The notes beneath the pieces were generated by a model. The model saw only the letters and a list, made by a program, of their open reading frames with translations, ran no database searches and had not been told where the DNA came from. The translations under genes were made by a program, and so were the position numbers. From NCBI RefSeq assembly GCF_006345805.1, contig NC_042997.1, positions 39,618,001 to 39,682,000 of the forward strand: a stretch of 64,000 nt of DNA. Reading direction: 5' to 3'. This DNA is from Octopus sinensis (Eukaryota). Below, piece after piece: positions 38,179 to 50,963 of this stretch. Position 1 is the stretch's first letter. Each line of letters starts with the position of its first letter.

Positions 38179-38580
38179 TACTCTTTTACTCTTTTACTTG
38201 TTTCAGTCATTTGACTGTGGCCATGCTGGAGCACTGCCTTAATGAGTTTTTTTAGTCAAAGAAATCAACCCCAGGACCTATTCTTTGTAAGCCTAGTACT
38301 TATTCTATTGGTCTCTTTTGCTGAAATGCTAAGTTACATGGATGTAAACACACCAACATTGGTTGTCAAGTGATGGTGGGGTGACAAACATAGACACAAA
38401 GACACACACATAAATATATATATACAACGGGCTTCTTTCAGTCTCCATCAACCAAATCCACTCACAAGCTTTTGGTCAGCCCGAGGCTATAGTAGAAGAC
38501 ATTTGCCCAAGGTGTCATGCAATGGGACTGAACCTGGAACCATGTGATTGGGAAACAAGTTTCTTACCACACAACATGCC
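38179..38580 (-). mobile_element. SINE family A, diverged
   Basis: Family A reverse complement with many substitutions. Confidence 0.8.
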
Positions 38581-38815
38581 TACAAAGTCAGAAAACAATA
38601 CAGCTCCCATGACTTTCGGAAACATTTTTTCACGCTCAGAGTTGCTGAAGCATGGAATAAACTGCCTGCGTCAGTTGTTGACTGCCATGACACTGCATCT
38701 TTTAAGGCCCTCATGCTTTCCGAAATCCGCCGAAACTACACCTGATTATATATACACTTTAGATGAGTTGTAGTGCACCTGAGCACTGTACACAATTATT
38801 ATTATTATTATTACA
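38581..38815 (+). mobile_element. CR1-like LINE 3' end
   Basis: KVRKQYSSHDFRKHFFTLRVAEAWNKLPASVV, the classic RxxFFxxRVxxxWNxLP block, plus a 3' UTR and (ATT)n tail. Confidence 0.85.
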
Positions 38816-39901
38816 ACCTGTAGGTTACAAACATTTTTTTTTATCTTATTAACGTTAGCTTTATGTTAAGTTAAATGGAATAAATTCTAAACTTGGAAGA
38901 AAGGTTGAAGCAAAAAGTTTTGAAGTATTTTATTTGTTTGTTATGATGCTTAATGGGTTTTAAAAATTATGTCCATTGAAATTTTGATGATAGAATTCTT
39001 TTTTTGCTAAGAGGGTACTTCATAAGGATTTTCTGCCAGGTTCAAATATTTTACATAAAATGAATTTCTATACTCTGCATAAATATGTACACTGTTACAT
39101 AATAATGTCTGTATAAATATAAATACGGTTTTACATAGAAGTGGAAAGTGATGAGCTCTTAGTTATCACATTAAAAGGTAGAAGGCTTTCATTTGAAAAC
39201 CAACATTGCTTTTGTTATCTGATGTAAAAGAAATATCTATAAGCAGTTCCATCAGGCAACATATTTTGGGATAAGTGAATGCATTTGTATTTATTAATTT
39301 TGATGCATGAAATGAGAGAAATAAAAGAAAAATGTGTTGATATATTCATTACTTGACTGGGGGGTAGTGTTTAGATTATAAGGTTCGTAGTAGGGGTTAT
39401 ATTTTTGTAGGTATCAGTTGCTATTTTAGCAGCAAATATGTAGTATATAATAAAATAATTTTCTTAAGAAACTAATCCTATTCTGCTTGCAAAGAAAATT
39501 CAGAATTTCTTTGTATTCCTCGTCTGTAATATTTCTATCAAATATCAAATATACTTCCATGCTTCTCTTTGCCCATACATTTGGAATTTGGTGTATGACA
39601 TACCTTTTAAAAACATAACCTTTTCATATGATATCTTCTTTAGCATTTCTACAATCTTCTCGCCCACATTTGTTTAAAATGAAACATTTCCTTATAAACA
39701 AAGCTAAAGAATTATTTATTTTTATAATCATTCTATAGGGCTTCCACTTGAAGTAAAGTGGCGAGGAGTCAGTTCCCATCAACTTGTGATACTTCAGCTT
39801 TCAAGAATATACATCAAGTCTTTTCTTCATTTTCTCATGTTCAGATAATAATTAGTCTATTAAGTATTAAGTAATTAACAAATAGAGTAGGCTATTATGT
39901 A

Positions 39902-40018
<117 letters not shown>

Positions 40019-40086
40019 GGTAAATGGATATGTAAGTAAAGAGATAGATATATAGATAGGTACATAGGTAATACGGACAGACAAAT

Positions 40087-40118
<32 letters not shown>

Positions 40119-41197
40119 AAAAGAAAACTGAAACACATAACCATATACACATATGCACACTTCACACACACACATACACACACACATACAAACACCCAAA
40201 CACATGAATATGTAGAATACATGAATACATACATACACACACATACATACATACATACATACATACATACATACATACATACATGCATATGTGTATACAC
40301 ATGCACACTGATGCATACTGATGCACACACATGCACACAAACAAACAAAAAGAATGCAGTTGTGATAACAGATGGAGTCAATGACTATTGAAGAGGTTGC
40401 AAGAAGCAATGAAAATTTTAGAAAAAACAAATAAATAAATAAGTAGAAATCAAACCGGTGAGTGTGTTAATTTGTTAATTAATGAGGCATTAAAACAGAA
40501 TGACTCTCCCCAGACACAATAAAATATAGGAATGGTTTTGCAAAATGAGAGGAAAGTGTTAAATAGCTCTATAAGTATGGAGTTATATGTTTGTCATATC
40601 AAATCCATTTGTTTTGTATCTATATCATATTCTGGTTGTAATAAATTATTTTACATCTATTTTACATGATAGAATGGATGGGCTGGATTCTAATTTTTGA
40701 ACCGTGCCCATCACCTAGTGCTGCTAGCCATATTTCCAATTGTATTGAATATGAAGACTGACAGAAACTAATTATTTTATATAAGATCTCTTTCACGTAG
40801 CAATTTTAATTAATTTCATTATTTCAGAAGAACAACTGCCTCAGGTCTACAGGCTAATTTCAATTCTGAATTCAAAGAAATTCCCTTTATTTGTTCTGTG
40901 AATACTCCTGAAAAAAGTATGAACATCTCAAGGAAAGGGAACTGTCTAATTAAAATATTAAAAAAAATATGATGTTTCTAGAAAGGATCATATTTAAGAC
41001 TTTCTCAATTAACCCTATGACACTAATAGTTTTATAAACTTTGTTCTGATATCAAAAGACTGGTTAAAGGAATAGCAAAATAAAATGTATTTTGATGTTA
41101 AAGTTTAAGATTTAAACTGAGTTCAATGGGATGTTTAGTGTAGGGGTAAGGTATTCATCAAAATTCTGTTTACAGACTTCTTATATTCATTATATGT

Positions 41198-41545
41198 GAA
41201 GGTACATGGCTGAGTGGTTAGAGCATCAGGCTCACAATCATGAGGTAGTGAGTTTGATCCCTAGACTAGGCTGTATGTTGTGTTCTTGAGCAAGACACTT
41301 TATTTCACGTTGCTCCAGTTCACTCAGCTGTAGAAATGAGTTGCGACACCACTGGTGCCAAGCTGTATTGGCCTTTGCCTTTCCCCTGGATAACATCAAT
41401 AGCATGAAGAAGAGAGGCTGTTATGCATGGGTGACTGCTAGTCTTCCATAAACAATCTTGTCTGGACTTATGCCTCAGAGGGTAACTTTCTAGGTGCAAT
41501 CCCATGGTCGTTCATGACCGAAGGGGGTCTTTACCCTTTTACCCT
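41198..41545 (+). mobile_element. SINE family E
   Basis: TGGCTGAGTGGTTAGAGC A-box and GAGTTTGATCCC B-box; body shared with 20115 and 60660. Confidence 0.8.
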
Positions 41546-41787
41546 ATAGTCATTATAGTTATAACATTTAGGTTCGTGACTGGTTATTTTTGCTAAGTTT
41601 TATATGTGGGTGACTTTTCCCTTTCACCAGAATCTGTCAAAGTGTTGCAGAAAAGTTCCAAAGCTGGAAACATGGACTAGAGCAGGAAAACTGAGAAAAC
41701 TTGTAAAATTAAATCAATGAATCAAATCAAACTGCTTTCTCATAATTGATAGTTTCTTTGTATCTAGATGATCTAATTAATACTTAA

Positions 41788-42009
41788 CCCTTTCGTTACC
41801 AACCCGGCTGAAACCAACTCTGGCTCTGTAGAACAAATGTCTTGTTTTCAAAAGTTCTGAATTAAAATCTTCCACCAAACCTTAGTCACAATTTATGTTC
41901 CTAATACACTAGTTGAATGATAACTAAGTTATTTTACTAAATTCTTTGTCATATTTAAAGTAATTGAAAGAAACACAGAGCATCTCAAAATAAATACAGT
42001 AACGAATGG
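41788..42009. mobile_element. piggyBac-like MITE (right TIR decayed)
   Basis: Same sequence as 13164-13385. Confidence 0.75.
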
Positions 42010-43160
42010 TTGTAGCTGGAGTAGAGTAACCAGAATAAATAAGAGGTGGAAACTGTTAAAGGAGATGTTGCTTCTGTTGGCAACAAAGAGATTTTTTTCT
42101 CAAGTGAAAGGCAGGCAGCATAAAACTCATGCAAGACTCTGCATGTTAATAAAACATGCATATTTAATGGGGAAGATCACCAGATACTGGGAAAGGAAGC
42201 AAGTATGATCTACTAGATGTTCACTTTCATGAGAGTCATGGCACAAATGATCTGAGAGAGTGGATTATTGTTAAAGGCATCAACTAAGGTATGCATGAGA
42301 GAAGATTGCACCAGAATAAATATGTGATGTGAATAAGGTACTGGGTAAAAGAATGATCCATACCGTTAAGAGGGGGGGAAAATGGAGAAGAAGAAGACTG
42401 AAGTAAATGTAGGAATAGGAGTGGAAGATCAGCTCATAGGATCTTAGGCTTCACAAAAGAGATGATGAAAATCTAAAGTGACTGACAAAAGGCTGTTTGA
42501 AAGAACTTTCCGACTCATGCCAGCATAGGAACTGTATGTTAAAATGTTGATAGTGATGATAATAAAACTATGTAAAATCTTAAAAAACACGATGCAGACA
42601 TAAAGAGTATTTTTTGAACTGAGCATAAACATTGTGAATAAACTAGAAGCTTAAGATCAGAAACTGCTAAGCATGTGATTGTATTTAAAAAACAAAATAT
42701 CATGATGGACGGTATCCATTTGCTATGATTGTACACAGCTTATTTTCCAAGAAATGAAAGAGGGTTGAACTTAGGGTTAGCAATCTCTTCTCATCTATCA
42801 TACAATAAAAACTGTCCAAAGAAATCAGAGAATGTGGTAGGTGCAGGTAGACTAATGTTCTGTGTGGTGTGGAATGGTTCAAAAGAAAATATCGAGAGTA
42901 GAGGAATATTTTTCACCATCTTGATAAAGATTATGATTACCACAACCATAACCTCTGTCATTTTCCTATCTTAACTATTACAGCATATTGAGATGCTGAA
43001 GAAAAATAAGGCTGTCCTTGCTATCAGCAAAACCATCTACAGCTGGCATGAGAATCTTCTGAGAATCTTCTGACAACATTACTTGCTTTTCAGGCTCCAC
43101 CTATCTCTATAATTGGGAACTACCTATCAGGTTGTGTTTTATTTTTGTGTTTATTGATAT

Positions 43161-43228
<68 letters not shown>

Positions 43229-44076
43229 TCTTACTCTCTCAATTCTACATTCAGCGTTATCTTTCATACTCTTCCTTCTCTGCATTAAGAATTTACCAAT
43301 TTTGACCTTTAAGTGCATTTATAACTTTATATAAATCACACCAGTCTACTAATACCTTTTACCTCCTACATACAGATCTTATTTATGTACAACTTGATTA
43401 AAGGTGGTGAATTGGCAGAGTCATTAGAGTGTTTGCTAGAATACCTTTCAGCATTTGTTTTGAACATCTGCACTCGGAGTTCAAATTCCTCCATGGTCAA
43501 AAAGCTTAACTTTCTTAAAAAAAAAAAGAGAAAGAAAAAAATCCAGGGTTGTGGACTGGCAGAACTATGAGACCATCAGACCAGATACCTAGTGGTATCT
43601 GCTCTGGTTCTTTCTGTTGTGGGTTTAAATCCAACCATAGCTTACTTGGGTGGTAGAGTTAATTTGTCATTTGGTTAACATCATCACTTGATTCATTGGG
43701 TAACTTTTACAAAGTTTACCCTGTTGTAAACATTTGGGCTAAGTTTCCAGTTTTAGGATATCTTATTCTTTCCATCCCTCCCAGTAGTCTCAGGGACCTT
43801 GTAAAGGGTCATGTTACTTCCTTTCTGCCTTAACTAACTAACTAACAAAGAAAAAGAAGACCTACATCTCATCAGGAATATATGTATTGCATGAACAATA
43901 ACTGTAAAGTCATCAACTATAAATATGCCATTTACCTGATAATCAAGTTTTCACTAATTAACACCTTATAAATCTTTAGCTTGTGTAAATGTGTTTTTGC
44001 TTGTTCTTTTTTCTTCTTGCCCTCACAGTAACAGTTGTTCTGAAAATACCCTACTCACTGAAAAATACTCTACAGC

Positions 44077-44332
44077 AGTGGTTTTTAACTGGGGTCCATA
44101 TAGCCCTTGAGGACCCATATATGATTTTGTTGTTAAAGTTTAATGCTCAATAATTTGGTCATACTTATACAATATGCAAAATATTTTAAGAATGTTTTTA
44201 ATGCAATTCCTAATAATATTTAATTATAAGAATGCAATAGAATTTTTTAAAACTTTGAATTGTTATGAGGGCCCAACTGAGTTAAATAGGAATCAAAGAG
44301 GTCCATAGGTGAAAAACTGTTGATAACCACTG
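44077..44332. mobile_element. Short hAT-like MITE
   Basis: CAGTGGTTTTTAAC ... GTTGATAACCACTG termini resemble the Charlie TIR. A related copy lies at about 51750-51950. No clear TSD. Confidence 0.55.
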
Positions 44333-45129
44333 AATCATTATGAATCATTTCCTATCCTATTTGTTCCTGATACTTCCTGCCTAGATTTGTATCTGTCTGG
44401 AATACCCATTTTTAAGTTTCTAATCAACAATTGCAATGTTTAAACTGAACGTTAAGCATATTAATCATCCTTATCAATGGTGAAGTAGAGTATAATATGC
44501 ATGTGAGAGATTCTCTTCTCTTTAGATATTGATTAAAAGAAAAAAATTGTTATCTTTCTAAGTTAGCTTCTTCTTCAAGCAGCTGCAACTAGAATGCGTT
44601 TTATCAGGAATCTTTAACTCTCATTCACTTTGAGAGGTCTTCAACTTTATGTGGTGCCTCTGCCTATAACACCAATGTAGTTGAGTGATCTTCAGTCTTT
44701 ATTAGAATGTAGAAGTTTCCAAAATTATATTTTGGAATATGGCCTGGTGTTCAGAATGATGGTAGTGACCCTACATTGAGTAACAATAGTAGAAATGATG
44801 GAGGCATATGGCCTAGTGGTTAGGGTGTTGTATTCATGATGACAAGGTTGTGATTTCTTTTCTTGGACTGGGCGATGCATTTTGTTTTTGAGCAAAAACA
44901 CTTTATTTCATATTGCTCCAGTTCACTTAGCTTGCAATAAATCAGTTGAGCACTGGGGTCGATATAATCGACTTACCCCTTCTGAAATAGCTGGCTTTGT
45001 GCCAAAATTTGAAACTAATATTTCCCAGGGTGGGGAATATATATATGCTACAGAATCTGAGAAACCAGCCTTATGAAACTATAGTTTGGGAAATATCTTT
45101 GATCCTTGTTTTTTTCTATGAGTAATGAG

Positions 45130-45330
45130 TGATGGAATATGTTCATAAATTTCCTATTTGCTCTTGTGCTTATACCATGAGATGTTTTGAACCCTTACAT
45201 GAAAGCTGGTGCACATACCATCAAGGCATCTTGATATTCCTTCTTCATAATCCAGGTTTTGCCATCATAGAGAAGAATGTTCTCTATACATGCCCTGAAG
45301 AAGACCAGCCTCATTGACTTTAAAATAATT
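45130..45330 (-). pseudogene. RTE-clade LINE fragment
   Basis: The minus strand reads FRACIENILLYDGKTWIMKK, matching the RTE block FRAxVExxLLYGxETW. Confidence 0.55.
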
Positions 45331-45964
45331 GATTGTCAGATACTTTGAATCTTGTTATAGGCATTCTGACCTTGACCTTTGTATGTCAGGAAACCTTTCT
45401 TACTGTCAGTAACACAGGACCGTAGATACTTGAATATGGGTTAACTTAAATAACAGTAAAAGTAAAAACTTATAGATACTCATTCTGTTGTTATTCAGAA
45501 AAGGATAAAGGATGATTTTACATAAGATTTCTTCTCTTTTCTGATTCCTTTTTTATGATTTTCCTTTGCAAAAGCACAAATGTATTTAGTAGTGTGATAA
45601 GTTTGTGCTCAACTCAAGACTATGGTAGAAGAAATTTGCTAAAGATGTTGGACGTCTATAATTAATATAATTATAGAGCTAATATATCTGTCTTGATCAT
45701 TCATTAATATCAAAAATAAAAGAAGTGACTCTGAGATGCCATGCTGTCAAATCAAGCAAAAGTTAAATATTCTGAAATTTAAAAATTTCTTGTAAATAGT
45801 TAATTTAATAGTTTTGATACATAATTAAAAAATATAAAAGCAAATTTCTTCCAAAGAGGAAAAATAGCCAATTCATTTTACGTGCTTTATATACTTCAGT
45901 GCAAGAATAATATGAAAGAAAAAAAATATTAAATATTATTAAATATCATCTATTAAATAGATAT

Positions 45965-46125
45965 AGGCGCAGGAGTGGCTGTGTGGTAAGAAACTTGCTT
46001 ACGAACCACATGGTTCTGGGTTCAGTCCCACTGCGGGACACCTTGGGCAAGTGTCTTCTACTATAGCCTCGGGCCAACCAAAGCCATGTGAGTGGATTTG
46101 GTAGATGGAAATTGAAAGAAGCCCG

Positions 46126-46191
<66 letters not shown>

Positions 46192-46383
46192 TATATGTTT
46201 GTGAGTCTGTGTTTCTCCCCCTCAACATCGCTTGACAACCGATGCTGGTGTGTTTACATTCCCGTACCTTGCGGTTTAGCAAAGAGACCAATAGAATAAG
46301 TACTAGGCTTACTGGGGTCGATTTGCATGACTAAAGGCAGTGCTCCAGCATGGCCACAGTCAAATGACTGAAACAAGCAAAAG
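45965..46383 (+). mobile_element. SINE family A
   Basis: Family A sequence. Confidence 0.9.
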
Positions 46384-46886
46384 TATTAAATAGATATTAT
46401 TAACATATATATTCCATATCATTTGATATTGTATAGCCTAGTGCCAATCTCGATCAAGCAAGCCTATGATCAACAAATTTTCCAGCTGTGGCCTTCTTTT
46501 CTTATATTTAGACATAGTATATTTAGGACTATGTTATCCAGCATATCCTTTCCTTTTTTAATGATGGGTAGGAGTTGATCTTAGGAAGATTTGGTTGCTA
46601 TTCATAGCAGACAAATCATTAAGCAACCAACAAAAGACTCCCTTGGTGGTTTGCTTTAGTGTTGTTCTGAGAAGATACAACCGAATCAAATTTTATAATA
46701 CTGTTTATTTAACACACAGTGTGGATATAAGATGAAGGTTGTTTCTAAGGGGATACTTTGTATGATACATTTCTGTTATCTTTTAATATCTGTTATCTGT
46801 GTGGCTGAGAAATTTGTTTCCTGGCCATTCTGTTTCAGATTCAGTCATGTGAGTGAATTTGATAGATGGAAGCTGAAAGACACCTG

Positions 46887-46965
<79 letters not shown>

Positions 46966-47017
46966 TGTGTGAGGGTGTATGTGAGTGTGTGTGCGTGTGT
47001 GTGTGTCTGTTTGTCTG

Positions 47018-47048
<31 letters not shown>

Positions 47049-47074
47049 GACTGTCTATCTCACTATCTATCTCA

Positions 47075-47109
<35 letters not shown>

Positions 47110-47142
47110 CCTATCTATCTATCTACCTATCTACCTATCTAC

Positions 47143-47210
<68 letters not shown>

Positions 47211-47215
47211 ATATG
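46887..47215. repeat. Compound microsatellite (GT)n-(TATC)n
   Basis: Directly visible; it explains ORFs 46732 and 46866. Confidence 0.95.
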
Positions 47216-47908
47216 TGTGGATGTGGCTGTTTCTGTCTCCTTGTCCTGATACTTGTAAATAGCTATCATGTTATACAAATTGTATCATTCATGTCTAATC
47301 TTCCAGTCTTCCATGAAAATGCACAACCATGGGAAAATATTACATTGCTTGGAAACAAGTGAGGGTTGGCACCAAGCAAAGCATCTGGCTGTAGAAAATC
47401 TACTTCAAAAAATTCCTTCTGCTCCATGAAAGCATGGAAAAGTTGACTTAAAAATGATGACAATATATTAGGGCACTTTAGACAATTTTAGCTTAGTTTT
47501 CCGAATTGTCTAGTTCTACTTATTCTCATTTCAATTGTTCTGGTTGACGGATTACAATTTAGAATTGTAACTTTTAAAATGCTTGTGAAATATCTAGCTA
47601 TTCTAAGATCTCATTCTTTATACTTTCCAACAGACTGAGCTAAATCAAATTATTTTACTCAGTAACAAACTGCAGCACTTCTGGCTGGATTTGGACTCAT
47701 GACCAATGATATACCATGCATCTTATCCGCTCTGTTCTAAAGGGGTGTTAATAATCATAGAAACATTATAAAAATTCATTTTACATGCGTACATGTATAA
47801 TTAAAGATACATATTAGGCATAATATGATGTAATTCATATTTGTTAAATATACAGATATATATGTATGTATATATATACATATTTATACACACACACACA
47901 TATATATA

Positions 47909-47960
<52 letters not shown>

Positions 47961-48284
47961 GCACGTAAAAGCACACACAACACTCTTGGAGTGGTTGGCG
48001 TTAGGAAGGGCATCCAGCTGTAGAAACTTTGCCAGATCAGATTGGAGCCTGGTGCAGCCTTCTGGCTTGCCAGTCCTCAGTTAAACCGTCCAACCCATAC
48101 CAACATGGAAAGCAGACGTTAAACAACAATGACGACAATGATGATGATATATGAATGTTTATACAAGTGTACGTGTGTGTGCGTATATATATATATATAT
48201 ATATATATAGGAGTGCCTTTGGATTTAACCATCCCTTAGAGGTTTTAAACACTTCTAACTTACACCTGTATATAATAATAAATA

Positions 48285-48336
<52 letters not shown>

Positions 48337-49024
48337 TATATATATGTATATTATGGGTACAGGATGTCACCAATTGTAAACAACATGAAGTATGAAAAAA
48401 GCGAGTTAAATAAACAAATAATGAGAGAAAAAAATGAAAACAGGACAAGTAGCACAAAGAATGACCATTCATCAGTTGTTGGTTGTCTATCTACTCATCA
48501 TTTCGAGCATTCAACCACAATATGAGTCTTTGATGACAGTTGCACCCATAAATTCCAAAATAAATTTTGGATTTTATGGAGGGTCAAAGTTGGGAACAAA
48601 AACAGGATAGTGGAGACATACAAGGAAACTGAACAGACAAAAAGAGAAAAATTTCTTTGCCAATATGCTGAAAATAGATGCTAAATCATCTAATTGTATT
48701 TATAATTTTCACCTTGAAAGGTATTTCCTTATATTAGAAGTATATATTCTCTCAAATAATTATATTAGAAGTATATATATATTTTGGAAGTATATATATA
48801 TATGAGTGTATGTGTGTGTGAGTGTATTTTGGAAGTTAAAAGTTATAGCTGGCCATAGAGTAACCATTGGTTTTGCACCTATAAGGTACTTAGCAATACA
48901 AACGACTTTTCAGACTCAGGTGGCTGAAAGTGCATACATTACTACGCTAGAGCTTACAGTATGCTTCTTTTACAGATATAGGAACTACTGATGATACACA
49001 CACACACATATATGTATATATATA

Positions 49025-49081
<57 letters not shown>

Positions 49082-49101
49082 TATATATATATATATATAT
49101 A

Positions 49102-49375
49102 TTGTTGCGTCTAGGGAGGAGTCATTACTCCAATGTTAACACACTAATTCAATTCCACCCCTTTATTATTTGTCAATTGGTTAATATCTACCCAACTAAC
49201 TAATCAATCATTTACTTAACTTTGTTAAACAATCAGCTGTTTGCTTTTTTTTTTGTTTTACTCATCAAACGAACTGTTTAGGTATTTAACCACTTGACTA
49301 ATAAATAAAGGAGTAGAACTGAACCAGTGCATGTGTTATTAACATTGGTATAATGACTGCCCCCAGACACAACAA
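49102..49375. mobile_element. TA-embedded MITE-like fold-back
   Basis: TTGTTGCGTCTAGGGAGGAGTCATTACTCCAATGTTAAC pairs imperfectly with AACATTGGTATAATGACTGCCCCCAGACACAACAA. A related end lies at 40455-40525. Confidence 0.7.
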
Positions 49376-49449
49376 AATTTGTTTCAACACATGAATTCAC
49401 ATAGAGAATCTTGCAGACTAAATATATATATACATATATATATATACTT

Positions 49450-49697
49450 ATTTAAAGCAGCGGAAAATTCAACAAAACCTGTTACTCTGAGTTTCACGTC
49501 CCCGTTCGTCGGACAGTTTTTGTTAGAATAGAACCTATATGTCAATAACAAAAACTGTCCGACGAACGGGGACGTGAAACTCAGAGTAACAGGTTTTGTT
49601 GAATTTTCCGCCGCTTTAAATAAAGCATATTACTCTACCACATGTTTGAGTATTCTTTTTCCACCTTGTTTCACATTTATGTGTTTACTCCGGTATA
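49450..49697 (+). mobile_element. Penelope-like repeat (pLTR-type) with 75-bp inverted copy of its start
   Basis: 49450-49524 is the reverse complement of 49547-49621 (one mismatch). It contains a hammerhead motif and is flanked by (TA)n. Confidence 0.7.
49555..49592 (+). ncRNA. Minimal type I hammerhead ribozyme motif (core CCGACGA); mirror copy at 49479-49516 on minus
   Basis: CTGT-CCGACGA-ACG(GGGA)CGT-GAAAC-TCAGA-GTA^-ACAG: 4-bp stem I, GNRA-capped stem II, short self-complementary stem III, GUA cleavage triplet. Confidence 0.75.
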
Positions 49698-49730
49698 ATA
49701 TATATATATATATTATATATATATATATGT

Positions 49731-50153
49731 ATATATTATTCAAAGAAATTCCAACTCTGTCTGTTTTTTATGTTTTATTTATATTCTTATAATATCAATG
49801 TAGAATATAGAATATATAGTATAAAAAGTATATATAGTAGTATAATGAAATGAAGTATTGATTGTCTTATTGAATAGATTAAATAGTGAATATCAAATAT
49901 TAAGGGACTAACAGTTGAAATACTCCTGTCACAACCTGGGACCTTGAAGACCGCTTTAATACAAGAAATTATACTAGTCTCTTAATATTTGATATTCAAT
50001 ATTTCATCTATTCAATAAGACAATCAATACTTCATTTCATTATACTACTATATATACTTTTTATACTATATATTCTATATTCTAAATTAATATTATTAAG
50101 AATATAAATAAAACATAAAAAACAGATTTGGAATTTTTTTGAATAATATATAT
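49731..50153. repeat. ~180-bp-arm inverted repeat in (TA)n context
   Basis: 49731-49910 is the reverse complement of 49975-50153 with scattered mismatches. Confidence 0.9.
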
Positions 50154-50409
50154 CACACTATACACAATCATACAAACCCCTTTATATATATTATCATTTA
50201 ATAATATTGATTGCCCAGACCTTACAAGCTCAGATCATAAACAAGCTTTTGAAACTTTAAGCTGTATGGAGCCAGATCAAAATGTTATTAAATATATGCA
50301 ACCCCTACCAAGTGTGTTGAGTGCCTCTTTCTTTTGTTTGTCAACTCACTTTTACCAGGGTTTCAGACTGTTGAGCTCCCTTCACAAATATCTGATATAT
50401 ATATATATA

Positions 50410-50632
50410 TATATTAGAAGGTTTGGAGATGACGTGCAGGTATTATATATTAGAAGAAACAAGGTACTCACAAATCTGACTGGTTATATATTACGCTTAC
50501 GTCCACACTGACGACTCCACTAGATTGGACGTAAGCATTAATATATGTTTTATAAAAACATGGGACATATTAATAAATATCTGTAAATATAAAACCTTCC
50601 AGATTTCTGAGTACCTTATCACTTCTAATATA
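50410..50632. mobile_element. TA-embedded MITE-like element (TATATTAGAAG termini)
   Basis: TATATTAGAAGAAACAAGGTACTCACAAATCTG pairs with CAGATTTCTGAGTACCTTATCACTTCTAATATA. Confidence 0.65.
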
Positions 50633-50640
50633 TATACATA

Positions 50641-50709
<69 letters not shown>

Positions 50710-50805
50710 TTAATCCAAGCAGAAAGCACAAAAAAACACAACAACGTGAGGACGTGGAACAAATATAGTATTATTAGATGCTCAGGAAAGAAGAAAAGAA
50801 GGAGG

Positions 50806-50840
50806 GTTTAACGTTTCGAGCGAAGCTCTTCGTCGGAAAC
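50806..50840 (-). ncRNA. Minimal hammerhead ribozyme motif in a TA-embedded Penelope-like fragment (50706-50918)
   Basis: Minus strand: GTTT-CCGACGA-A-GAGC(TTC)GCTC-GAAAC-GT-T^-AAAC. Stem III can form only as a dimer through the AACGTT palindrome. Confidence 0.6.
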
Positions 50841-50923
50841 AGGAGAAGGAAAGATCCAAAGAAGGGAAGACGGAGGAAAAAAAAATCGCCAACGGTACAC
50901 ACGCGGTCACATTTTGAATATAT

Positions 50924-50963
<40 letters not shown>

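Noticed and set aside
48440-48545. CTGATGA on minus at 48469-48475 as a ribozyme
   Set aside because: No GAAA or stem III at usable spacing downstream; the upstream candidate is too decayed.
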